NCBI RefSeq assembly: GCF_009834535.1
Contig: NC_045697.1
Span: 112,470,001-112,534,000, forward strand
Direction: 5' to 3'
DNA length: 64,000 nt
Origin: Camelus ferus
Lineage: Eukaryota
Numbering within the stretch: position 1 is the stretch's first letter; each line of letters starts with the position of its first letter. A program made the translations under genes and the position numbers. Positions 52,468 to 64,000 of this stretch are shown piece after piece. Under the pieces are notes generated by a model that saw only the letters and a list, made by a program, of their open reading frames with translations, was not told the origin of the DNA and made no database searches.

Positions 52468-52648
52468 AGTATATACAGCACTGTGACTATAGTTAACATT
52501 ATCCTATGGCATATTTGAAAGTTACTAGGAGAGTAGATTTTAAAATTTTCACCATACACACAAAAAAACTGTAGCTACAGGACATGGTGGGTATGTTAAC
52601 TAGCCTTATTGTGGCAATCATTTTGCAATATATACATACCAAAAAAAG
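52468..52648 (+). mobile_element. L1MA/MB-type 3' UTR fragment
   Basis: tacagcactgtgactatagttaa...ttgaaagttactaggagagtagattttaaa...gtatgttaactagccttattgtgg. Confidence 0.8.
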
Positions 52649-52747
52649 GCATAAAATCTTTCAATTTGGCAAATGCCCTCAGGGCAAAACGGAATTCAGG
52701 TTCAAAATAATCATCTGGGTTCCATTAATCACTTAGACTTTGCTTTT

Positions 52748-54145
52748 TGTTTTTACTCAAGTATAAGTTGATTTACAGCATTATATTAGTTTCGGGTGTA
52801 CAATATAGTGATTCAGTATTTTATGCATTGTACTCCATTTAAAGCTATTACAAAATAATGGCTATATTTCCGTGTGCTGTTCAATATATCCTTGTTGCTT
52901 ATTTATTTTATATATAATAGTTTGCATCTCTTAATTTTGTACCTCAACCTTGCCCCTCCCCTCACCCCTCTCCCTGCTGGTGACTAGTTTGTTTTCTATA
53001 TCTGTGAGACAGTTTGCACTTTGTTATATATATTCATTTGTTTTATTTTTTAGATTTCACCTAAAAGTGGTAACATAGAATATTTGTCTTTCTCTATATG
53101 AATTATTTCACTTAGCATAATAGCCTCTAGGTCCATCCACATTGTTGCAAATGGTAGAATTTCATTCTTTTTATGGCTGAGTAACATTCCATTGTTTATG
53201 TACCACATCCTCTTTATTCATTCTGTTGACGGACACTTGAGTTGCTTCCATATCTCAGCGATTGTAAATAATGCTACTATAAACAGAGGTGCATGTATTT
53301 TTTTCAAATTAGTGTTTTCATTTCCCTTGGATATATAACCAGCAGTGGAATTGCTGAATCATATGGTAGTTCTATTTTTAGCTTTTTGAGGAACCTCCAT
53401 ATGGTTTTCCATAATGGCTGCACCAATTTACATTCCTACCAACGGTATACAAAGTTTCCCTTTTTCTTCACATTCTCACCAACATTTCTTTTTTTGTGGT
53501 CTCTTTGATGATAACCATTCTGACAGATGTGAAGTGGTATCTCATTGTGGTTTTGATTTACATTTCCTTGATGATTAGCAACGGTGAACATCTTTTCATG
53601 TGCCTGTTGGCCATCTGTATGGCTTCTTTGGACAAATGTCTGTTTAGTTCTTCTGCTCATATTTTAAATGAGATTTCTTGGATTTTTGATACTGAGTTGT
53701 ATGAGCTGTTTATATATTTTGGGTATTAACCCCTATCAGTCACATCATTTGCAAATATTTTTTCCTATTCAGATGGTTTCCTTTACTGTGCAAAATATTT
53801 AAGTTTAATTAGATCCTATTTGTTTATTTTCACTTTTGTTTGTTTTGCCATAGGAGACAGATCCCCCAAAAATATTACTACAGTTTATGTCAAAGAGTGT
53901 TATGCTTGCATTCTCTTCTAGGAATTTCATGGTTTCAGGTCTTGTATTTAGAAGTTTATTCTATTCTGAGTTTATTTTTGCATATGGTATAAGGGAGTTT
54001 TCTAATTTCATTGATTTACAGGTAGCTGTCCAGTTTTCCCAGCACCACTTTTTGAAGGACTGTCTTTTCCCCCTTGTATTTTCTTGCTTCCTTTGTCATA
54101 GATGAATGACCTTAAGTGTGTGGGTTTACTTCTGGGTTCTCTATT
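52748..54145 (-). mobile_element. 5'-truncated L1 (ORF2 3' part plus 3' UTR) with TSD
   Basis: Continuous antisense L1; TSD ttagactttg(c/g)ttt at 52733-52746 and 54156-54169. Confidence 0.93.
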
Positions 54146-54179
54146 AGAGACTTTGTTAGACTTTGGTTTAGATACCTGT

Positions 54180-55240
54180 TATCTAGTACTATAATAGTGT
54201 TATGTAACAGACAATCGTAGCATTTCAGTGATATGCAAAAATAAGCATGTGTTGTTCATGTAGCTGGGGTGGTCAGCCAGGCAGCTCCGACGATCTTGGT
54301 GGGGCTTGTTTAGCTGTGCGGGGTCAGCCGGCTCTCAGCAGAAGGCGGCCTCAGCTGGCATGACTCGGGTGATTTGACGCTGGTCCTCATGGCTCTCATC
54401 CTCTGACTGGTACTAAACAGGACTAGTCTGGATCTGCCCCTTATAGCTACACAGAAGATACTGCTACCAAACCAGTTTTGTTTGTCAGATGTACTGCAAG
54501 CCAAACATGGAGATGCCAAAATTTGTAGCAGATAAAAGGTTTATTCTCGAGGCAGCCAAGTGAGCAGATAGAACAAGTCTCAGATGCACCTCCCAGAAGA
54601 TGGGGGGTTGGGGTATTTATGGAATAAAGAAGCAGGGTGGTCTGAGGTGTGGGAAAAGGTGATTGGCGACTGGCAGTAAGAAAAGGGTGATGTGACGGGT
54701 GTTCTGTGCAAATATCTGAGTTACATGCTTCTCCATGGGTCACATGCTCAGGAAATGGCAGCATCAGCATGATCAGAGGGGGAAGATGTTGGCCTTCTGA
54801 TGTCAAAAGATCATCCACTGGACACTAGTGCAGGCCCATTGGGGGGGGTGGTCAGTGGTCCCAACCATTCTTAACCAGCTTGAACTTGAACTAACCAAGA
54901 GCTGACTCCAGCTGCCTGAAAAATAACTTAAGCATCTGTTACTATAGCAACCCACAGGTCAGAGGAGTTATCTGAAGGGACTGTTAAGGAGTCTTATGAT
55001 CTATGTCTAGGCTACATCAGGCTCGGAGGGTACCCAATTCGCAGGAACAGTTAAAGCAAGCTTGGTCAGCAAAGGCAGTTGCCGGTTATTATTTATTAAG
55101 TTATGGTTCAAGAGGTCTTACTGAGTACTGCACTCAGTTTCAACATGAGTGAGAAGATCCAAACACACGAGCACCTTTGGAGTTCCTGTTTAGAGTGTGT
55201 TTGACAACATGCCACTGGCCCAGGGTCACTGCAAGACAAA
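54180..55240 (-). mobile_element. MLT1-type MaLR LTR split by a nested ERV1 LTR
   Basis: MLT1-like sequence at ~54180-54461 resumes at 55143 (ccaaacacacgagcaccttt...aacatgccactggcc). Confidence 0.7.
54462..55142 (-). mobile_element. ERV1-class solo LTR nested in MLT1
   Basis: TG...CA termini (tgctaccaaacc...cagtttca); reverse-strand AATAAA (ggtttatt) and TATA-like box (gtatttat). Confidence 0.8.
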
Positions 55241-56049
55241 GGGATGGATAAACTTTGGGTTGAAGAATAGGATTTTTTTTTTCAATTTAACACAGCTCAG
55301 TAATATCTTACTATCTGGCAGTTCAGTGATACTACTAAGAAGTTTTTTAATCTAATAATCTCGCTGTTTTCTTTGGTATATTTGGTTCACATAGAATAGC
55401 CTAAGAGAACAGAAGCTGTTTTGATTGGCAGCTTGTTTCATTTCTCTAATTATTGATCTATTTTAACATTTGGAGGCAGATGCCATCAAAATAAAGCACA
55501 CAGAATGTCACCATTACAAATGGGTGAATTGGTTGGACTAAACAACATAATTTAGGGTAGGATTTTTTTGTTCTTATAATTATATAAAAGATTAATTTTT
55601 CCCATAATGGCAATCAAATATATAGATTTATAAAATGAAGCAAATATGAACCATACTTCACCGAGAGCGTTGGGGAGACATCTCTGCAGATAGATTTAAA
55701 AAAAAATAAGATAGTGCTGTTCACACTATATATAACTTGTTTTCATTTCACCTCAAACAGCACTGAGGAAAATTTTTCATGTCTATAAATACTCCTCTCC
55801 TACATACTTTTTAATCACTGCATGTTATTTTATTTGATTGTTTACCATAATTTATTCAGCCAAACACATATTTTTAGATTGACTGGCTCTAGTTTTTTCA
55901 ATATCATAAACAATGCCGCAAAGAATATTCATATAGATTTGTGTGTTTTTTGTATTAATTTCTTGAGGATAAATAATCTGAATTTGAAGAACTGATTAAA
56001 TTTATACCCATTTTCAAGGATGGGATGCATATTTCTAGAGTTGCCTCCA

Positions 56050-56623
56050 GAGATGTTCACCTGTCTCACACTCTAGAAATGAAGGGTGACCACTCCCATG
56101 AGAACCAGCGAGGACTTTTGTACAGGGGTCAGTGCCGGGGCAGAGATGCTGTACCTGAGCAAGGGAGTATGTGCACATACATGTTCGTGAGTACATGAGC
56201 CAGGGAGTGAGCAAGAGAGTATCCGGCAAGGGGTCCTGCATGTGGCAGAGATGCTGCAGGCAGTCAGGAGCGTGGACAGCTTTACGAGGCAGAAGGGGGA
56301 GGTTTCAGGTGCTCTGGTTGGAGGTTATTGGCAATGGAAACGTTGGAGGCAGGCTAACAGGAAGCTGTCCATCATGTGTGATTGGTTTGTGAGCATATTA
56401 AGCTTTCTCTGGTTGGTCCTGAGTTGGAAGCAGAGGAAGAAAAAAATATTACTTAGGGATTGTTGGTCAAATCCTGACTATTCTCGGCCACCTCTGCAGA
56501 GGTTTGGCTGTCTGCCCTGGTTGGTACAGAAGTTGTGGTTTGGCTTCCCGGACTTCCCACATGATCGGTGGTCTTTTGCCATGTAGGGTCTGGCTGTTGC
56601 TCATGTGTATATTCAGTCTTTCA
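56050..56623 (-). mobile_element. Old LTR, probably ERV1 class
   Basis: GC-richer block ending gtatattcagtctttca with repeated CCAAT-like attgg/gttgg motifs; family not determined. Confidence 0.55.
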
Positions 56624-56847
56624 ATTTTGAAAAAGCCATCTGAAAACTAAGGCTTCGCTTGCATTATAATTTTATTTATTTCAAAAAAGTCACTTTTAAA
56701 ATTAGCTGTTTATGGAGAGTTCCTAGCAAAATAACCGATCCATAGCAAGGGCTATTATTTACTTAACCTAAGTTAAACTTTCTAAAATAGTGTACTCATT
56801 ATATTACCCTTTGTCAAAATTCTGTGGCATTTAGGGTCCTACCTGAT

Positions 56848-57015
56848 TATTTAGTTCAGGCTAAGTGTATAAGAGAATACTGTAGACTGGATGGCTTATC
56901 ACAGCAGAAAGGTGTGTCTCCAAGTTCTGCAGACTGGGAAGTGCAAGGTCAAGGCACTGAGAAATTCAGCGTCTGGTGGGAGTCCTCCTCCTGGGTCATG
57001 GACAGCCGCTTCCAT
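56848..57015 (-). mobile_element. MLT1A-like MaLR LTR fragment
   Basis: aatactgtagactggatggctta...agttctgcagactgggaagtgcaaggtcaagg...tctggtgggag. Confidence 0.8.
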
Positions 57016-60000
57016 TTTTGGAAAGGAGATAATGTTTCGATTTCCTTTCAGAGAGATGAGAATAATGAGGACATTTAAAGTTTCTCTGTTTCTAGAGAAG
57101 GCAGTATGCAGTGAATAATTATACCAGTAGGAAAACATGAATAAACATGGGGAAGTAACTAAGCTCTTGTATTTGTTGTAGGAAGAAAAAATGACCCAAC
57201 ATCAGCAGTTTCTGTGTTACTCTCAGTGGCTATTTCTACAATAGATACATCAAATGGGGAAGGAGACCTGGCTTTTGCCATCAGAAATAACTTTCTTTTC
57301 TTGATTTCTCAATTTTGACTAGCTCCAAGTGCAGAGCAAAACCGTTTTTATTACCCCCTACTCTGGTTTCCGTATCTTTCGGAAAAAAAAAAAAGCCTCC
57401 AAATGCATGGTCATATTGTTAGCACTGGAATTTTCTATTTGATATGAACCCCACTTTCTTGCTGCTCTAAAAAATGCATGAAAGATACAATGAAACATGT
57501 CGCTTTCAAATCATAGCTGAGTGGTTGGGAAGAAGAAGGTTGAAAGGTTTATTTCATATAGTAGGTACTTCCAGCAGGAGCCAGAAACACACAGCAGGGT
57601 GAGAAATTTTAAAAGCAAAGTTTACCATTAAGAGCTGTGGGTTGTCGGTAGCAACCTGAGGCATTGTCTTATGCAAAGCAATGAGAGCAGCAAAGCACCT
57701 CAGAGGAACAAAACCCAACTTAAATTTTCATCATAGCAAGTTTGATTAATTTGGGGAAATGGCATCGTCTATGTTTGCTTTATTCAGATTAATTTTTAAA
57801 AAATACTGAATAAAATACAACCTTTTATTGAATGCAAGTGAGATGAATAGCTATAGCTTTATTCCTTGATGAACAAAAGCACTCTGTGTTTCTTAGTATT
57901 TAATATTTTCTTAATATTTAAAATTTCTGGTTTTTAATCACCATCAATTTTTGTGGTGAAGTGTTGTAGCGAAAATACAACTTTTTCACTTACAGTTTTT
58001 ATTGGTGAAAACTGTGTAGTCTAATTCAGAACAGCTCAACTGCTGGAGAGGAGTATGATCTTTTTCGATTTCTTTTAAATCTGAAAACACTGCTGAATAC
58101 TTTCTAGAATACTTATTGATAGTTACTATTTTTACAAACTAATATCACATACAAAAAACTAAAATGTTTACTCTGAAAGGGAGATGAAAGTCTGCCTATT
58201 TATCATTACTTTTTAATTTGAAAAATGATGCTTTAATTTTAGTTGGAAGAGCAAGGTCAAAATAGGTTTTTATGTGACACAACTGAATGTTCTAACAGTG
58301 GACTGTGGCCCTTAGCCTGGTGTAAACAGGGTCCTGTGACTGCCTACATTGCCAGTATTTAGTTGCTAATTAATATACAGGAACAGGATTCCCTTTGCAG
58401 TCCTTGAAAATCCTTCCAAGTGAATCATTCCATGCTATAGAATTACGGTAAATGTGTGGTTTGTCATGGGACACCACTCAGAGGGAAAGGAGCACTAGTT
58501 AGACAGGGTAGTGGGCCAGCTGGAGTGGATGTGGGCTGTCCCAGGAAAATCAGAATATGTGATCACCCAGCAAAGAGTACACGGTGAACCCTTCCCCACT
58601 TAACCAACTCATCAGTTTTCTAAGTAAGCCCCCTGTTAGTTTTACATACATACAGCACACTTTAGTAAAATTCTACATAAGGACCTTTTTAAATTCATGA
58701 GTACCGTCTCAGATCTCTGGGTGGGGGGAAGCACCCCCACACCTTTCATAGGATGTATTAATATTGAAGACCTTTACACGTCACTTATGTGTGTATTTAA
58801 CGTTAAATGTCATGACACTAAGTTCTTTCAAAACAGCTATTCTGTATGTTTCAAAGCAATGTCTGCTACAAATCAGTTTCTCTGGCTGTACTGCTAGAGA
58901 GAGTGCAAAAGTTCAGTTTGAAAAGTTAAGAATAATATTTGGATAAGAGTTCAAAATAAAGGCTAGAAAAATTTAAGCATAGTGAAATAACTTCAATTTG
59001 CATTGAATCTGCAAGAAGTAAAAAGAGGCTAGGCTAATGACAAGGGGTGATGATGTAAAGGTCACAGGAAACAAAATTGAGCTACTCACGTGCAAATTTA
59101 CTTCCTTTTTCCCGTTGAGATCACTTCCGTAGAAATATTCTAAAGTGAATTCAATTTCTAAGGAAAAAAAAAAATTCCATCCACTGATTGAAGTTTCAAA
59201 GATGAGCCAATTATTCTTAGGGATATGAATATGTTTGGGGAAACATAGTGAATCAAAGAATTGACGAAAGACCGAGATGGTTGAAGTGGGGAAAGTTGGA
59301 ATTCAGAAACAAAGTACCCAAGTAGGATGACAGTATATGAAAGAAATTATTTAAAAAAAAAAAGTAGTTTGTGAGCAAGTAGAAACAACAGCATCATGAA
59401 TGAGAACCAACGAGATTCTGATGTGAATGACATGATTAACTAGCCTTTTTCAGTCTTTTAGTTGCTGTTACGTAGCTCATAAGTTGCTGGACTGCTGTCA
59501 ATGGAGAAAGACTGTTGATACTCCCCTAAGATGACTTGGCACAATGAATGGTAAAAGAGCACGATGATAAGTTGGCTGCTTGAATTTGTAAGTGATCGAA
59601 TGACCACTGTCAAAAAGTATTGGTTAATAAGTTGTAACTTTGAGGACCACCCTCTAGCATCATGTAACTTGTCTCTTCAACATTTCTGCTCGTGGTAGTG
59701 TAGGGAGGAGATTAGTTATACATTTAGCAAATTAGCATGTGATGCATAAATGAAAAGGTTAAAATACATGATTTAGGAGAGATGCAGAGAGGAACGTCTC
59801 CAGTAGGCCTTATAAACATCCATTTCATCTCTAGAAAATTACAGCTGTTAGAAAGTTCTTAAGTTTATTGAATGGAAATTTATTGTAACTCTTGTAATCT
59901 TGTAACTCTGACTCATTTTTCTTGGTTCTGTTCCTTGGGGGCTATAAAGAAGGTTGGAACTTTATTTCTAAAGGAAAGCCATTTAATTATTTGAAAGCTC

Positions 60001-60421
60001 TCATGACTGTTCCTACTGTCTTGGTAAAAGTCCTCTTTTTTTTCATTATTAAATGCTATGGCTCTGCATGTCTGTGCAATAATACTACCCACTGACCACA
60101 AAATATTTTTATACCTTTTATCATATCTGATTCCAAGACTACAAATAAAACAATTGTTTTCTGATCAATGAGAATAGTGCATGATTATCATCTCCCTTAT
60201 TTGAGGTTCTGTTTTCTGTTAATAAAACCTGAAAGCATACCATACCAGAAAGTTGTTCTCCAGTGAGATCACTGTCTATTAAATCCTCCAGTACATTTTA
60301 AAATACATGATTATTCTAAACCATTGTTTAGATAATAAGATTAAAGTGCAAGTCCTTAGCTAAATTCTTAAAATTTTTACATTATATTTACCAATCTAGT
60401 ATCCACATAAAGATATTTGAA

Positions 60422-60570
60422 GGTGGGGGGGGTACAGCTCAGGGGTACAGCACGTGCTTAACATGCACAAGGTCCTGGGTTCAATCTCCAGTGCCTCTGT
60501 TAAAAATAAAACAAACAAATAGTTAAGTAGATAAATAAACAAACCTAATTACCCCCCCAAAAAAACCAAA
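60422..60570 (+). mobile_element. Vic-1-like SINE
   Basis: gtacagctcaggggtacagcacgtgcttaacatgcacaaggtcctgggttcaatctccagtgcctc, A-rich linker and aaacctaattaccccccc; degenerate TSD (gatatttg core on both sides). Confidence 0.9.
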
Positions 60571-61109
60571 CCCATATGGATATTTGGGAAAAAAGGACCA
60601 TAGGCAGAATGTGACCCAGGAACAAAACTAAAATTATTTGGTTTTGCTAATTGACTTATATACGAAATTATCTGATTTACTTTAGACTAAATTTTCATTC
60701 CACACAGGAGAAAACACACAAAAAAGATAAACAGCTCGATGATGTATACATTAGTACTAAGTGGCAGACCTGAGACTTAAATAAAGGGGTGATTTACTTA
60801 CCTCCAATGTTGAACCTGTTGCCAAAATATTTTATTTATTTGATTTTGCCCATTTTTATGAAAAATATTAAAGTCAAATTTTATTATCAAAATTGTATTG
60901 CTTGAAAACCAGTGTACAACTGTAAATCATCAGACAATGCAAATTTGTGACTTGCACGTAGTATGGCATTCAGAGTAGATTCCTTGGATAGGAATTACAA
61001 AAATGTACCCACCATGATGATTATGGACATCTGTATTTATGTACATCAGGTTAATCTTGATTGGAAAACATAAAAATGGTACAGCACAGCTTACATGTTT
61101 AATTTCATT

Positions 61110-62110
61110 CTCATTGCGAAGCTTGATGGTGCACAAAAGCTGCAATGCTTCGTACATGGCCAGGATTTTTTGCCAATAAATTCATATAATGCCAAGAAAG
61201 CTGAGGAAGTGTGCTTTATTCATCCATTCTGAAGATATATAAATCATGTGGAATTTTTTATGAGATGTATCCATTTGAAAAGGTGAGAATGTTATCGAAA
61301 TTTGAATTTGTCTCAACACAAAAGCCTCGTCTTGAAGCATCCCACAGAATTGCCTATCACGTTGCCAAGACAAGGAACTCGAATGCATTGCAAAGCTCTT
61401 GGTGAAGCCATAGACCCTGGAGATGTCAGCCTGGTTTAGGAGGAAGCAGACCGAGTCAGTGCGTCTTTTACTCCAGAGTCATGGATGTTGGTTTTAATAT
61501 TTTGAAGCAGATTATGGAGAAATTGGTAGCTATTATTTGACTTCATTTTACAACTAGACGAAACTGCCTCAGTTCTTTCAGTACAACCGGCTCTTAATAT
61601 ATAAGCATAAAATATCGACGAAGAATTCCTCTCCCAGGAGCCCCTTTTGCTTTTAAGGATGGTAGCTTCAGATGGTGAAAAATCTCTATGCCAAGCTAGA
61701 CTTCAACTGGAAAGAAAATCTTGTTACTCTGCCTAGATGGGGCACCTGCAGTTTTTGGCACCGTGTCTGAATTTGCAATTTTAGGGAACAAAGAAGTTCA
61801 ACAGGCATCATTGTGACTCATTGGTTTCTTTATCTGTGAAGATTTGCATTAAAGGTTTGGGCAAACATTCCAAACACATCTTTTCCATTGCCCTGAAGGT
61901 TGTCAGTTTCATCAGGGACAGGGGTTTGAATAACCAATGTGTCAAGAGGTGTGATTTTAAATCAGAAATGGAATAAAATGTGAAGTTCCCTTTTACTACA
62001 TGGATGAATATTGGCTTTCAGTGGATATGTCTCAAAGAAATTGATTAGATTTTAGACATTTTAAGGGGAAACGATTGCCTTTTGTCAGCTAAGGGTTTGC
62101 CTACACATAA
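61110..62110 (+). mobile_element. Fossil Charlie/Buster-type hAT transposase, frameshifted and non-coding
   Basis: Collinear motifs: KLQCFV..MPRKLRK, LEASHRIAYHVAK, LQLDET (61548-61565), DGAPA (61736-61750), IVTHWFLY and KVVSFIRDRGLNN (from 61896). Confidence 0.85.
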
Positions 62111-62169
62111 GAGAAAAAACCACTATGACTTCAAGATAGAGGTTTATATTTCTCTCTTACTTAAAGGAA

Positions 62170-62575
62170 GATGGATGTAGGCATCCAGAGAGATGCGACA
62201 TTTCTGTTAAAGATCCAGGCTTCCGTCTTTTCACTTTACTACCGTAACCCATTGTTCTGTTCACACAGCTCTCTCCTGAGCCAACATGGTATGTCTGAGT
62301 TTCAGCCTCTAAAAATGAGGAAGACAAACGGACAGAAAAATTTCCTTTAACTATAAGGCAACTTTTGTGGAAGTCTTGCCAAACAAACATATGTGTATAT
62401 TTCATCAGCCAGAACTTAGTAATGTGACCATATATCAGCTATAAGGGAGACCGGAAAATCTAATCTGAATTATATGAAATACTATGTCTAGAAAAAGAGT
62501 TATGTATCTGTTTATTACTAAGAATGATACAAGGAAATGGAAGTTCTGTTAAGCAGCTAGCAGTTTCTACCACTT
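62170..62575 (-). mobile_element. MLT1J/K-like MaLR LTR
   Basis: gccagaacttagtaatgtgaccat...agctataagggagaccggaaaatctaatct. Confidence 0.7.
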
Positions 62576-62715
62576 TGATTCAGGACAATTTACTGGGTAC
62601 AAGTCTTATTAGCTTGATGGAATTAGTGGATTTTCTTGCGATGTGAATGAGATAATACTTTTTATTCAAGGCACTGCAGTCTTTATTATAATTATCTCAA
62701 AGAAAAAGGCCTCAT

Positions 62716-63198
62716 CAGGGCCAGCTACATAATTTGTGGGGCCCCTTGTTCAAAGAGCAGGGGGAAAAAGCTTTTTGTTGTCTTCTGCAGTCCTTCTCTT
62801 TAAGTGCCATCATGTTTTTATTTGCTATTTAATGTCGTACTCCTTCAGGCAAAAAGATGCTCTGGGGATGAGTACCAACATTCACAGGTGCAGGGTCCCC
62901 ACTCTGCACCTCCATGCAACGCCGCCAGAGCCACACTCAGGCCCCTGATGGACACTTGCTGCGTCAGTGTGGGACACAAGGAGCTGGACCACGTGTAAGC
63001 CAAGGCCCCAGGACCCTGCTACTTGCTCCATGGTCCCATTGTCCTTTGCTAACAAAACACAGATTCAAAGATAAAAAGTATTAAGAATTTCAAGATGGTA
63101 ATCACAGAGTATTAATCCTGTGATGTCAGCGTGGGGTCTGCCCTGAGCATCGAGCCCTGCACGCCTGCACGGTTAGCAATCCCTCAAAGCCGGCGGGG
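62716..63198. mobile_element. MER45-like hAT-Tip100 element
   Basis: Starts cagggccagctacataatttgtggggccccttgttcaaa; internal ttaagaatttcaagatgg; degenerate opposite end. Confidence 0.75.
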
Positions 63199-63279
63199 GC
63201 TGTGAGTTCTTCTGCAGCTATCGATTACTCTCCACATACAGGTTGGAAATAGATAACGCCGTGAACATTTTAGGAAGAA

Positions 63280-63480
63280 TTTTCAAGAGGCAGACCCTGA
63301 CGTGAGTTCCTGTGAAAGTGATTCATCAGGAAGTACTCCCAGAGAAGTCAGCACCCACCAGGGGGACTGGGGCAGCCTGGAGGGAGCCCTTCAAGGAAGA
63401 GGTGGAGGTGCTGGTTGCGGGAGAGAAAGTGCGCGGGGCCAGAGCCCTGGTGCAGCAGAGGATGCTGACAGCGACTGGAG
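63280..63480. mobile_element. Old ERVL-class LTR fragment
   Basis: gaggcagaccctga...aagtgattcatcaggaagtactcccag resembles LTR16/33/79-type ends. Confidence 0.45.
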
Positions 63481-63775
63481 GTACAGCCCGGCCACCAACG
63501 GCATGTCCTGCAGTAACGATCCCAAACTGAGTGGCTGCTTGGCAGGCGACAGTCGGACTTTTTTTTTCCCCTGCTGCTGCAGGTATTTATGGACAATTGG
63601 ACACCTTCGGAATTCTTTGAAGATCACTTCTGGAGGGTGGACGTCTGCAACTTTCCTGGGTGACAGAGATGAGCAGCATCAATAATGCAGATGTGACTTA
63701 ATGAAGAACACATTTACGGGAACACAAAAACCTACCATTCAACTCTAACATTCAAAGGTCTCCAGGAAACCAGGT

Positions 63776-63831
63776 TTTCTTTTTTCTTTTCTTTTCTTAT
63801 CTTTTTTTTTTTTTTTTTTTTTTTTTTTGTT
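63776..63831. repeat. Poly-T / T-rich tract
   Basis: Directly visible. Confidence 0.95.
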
Positions 63832-64000
63832 ACAAGCCACATCTGGCCCAGTGGATGATGGGGGATATAAAATAAAGAGGATGGCACTTCAATTTAAAAA
63901 AAAAAAAAGGAAGGAAGCTATTGAATATCACTGGAGTCATGTCAGAGGACCCAGGAGCTAATCTGACTAGGCTCCCATCAGTCAAAGATGGGGCAATTTG

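Noticed and set aside
54447..54818. 123-aa minus-strand ORF
   Set aside because: Almost entirely inside a solo LTR
60422..60500. tRNA-like sequence with A and B boxes (also 4790-4850 and 14694-14740)
   Set aside because: SINE heads with A-rich tails; no complete cloverleaf
63302..63685. 127-aa GC-rich ORF
   Set aside because: Overlaps an LTR-like fragment and reads through a poly-T run; not supportable as a CDS

Overview
AT-rich, CpG-depleted mammalian genomic DNA, most likely camelid (three tRNA-derived SINEs resembling Vic-1). It reads as intronic or intergenic: I cannot support any intact protein-coding gene, RNA gene or CRISPR array. The ORFs I could recognise are decayed L1 ORF2, CR1 or hAT transposase fragments. 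The window is a layered transposon record: young and old L1s, MIR, CR1/L3, MaLR, ERV1 and ERVL LTRs, an ERV-L integrase/dUTPase relic, a Charlie/Buster hAT transposase fossil and several MITEs. The most unusual directly visible structures are an L1 with a ~60-bp target-site duplication, three 5'-inverted (twin-priming-type) L1 insertions, two hAT MITEs sharing one 8-bp target site, and a CpG-rich patch with an NRF1-type motif at 7.6-8.0 kb. There are also several speculative exon-like segments. I found no convincing new biological system. Repeat family names come from recalled consensus similarity, not a database search, and boundaries of old elements are approximate.
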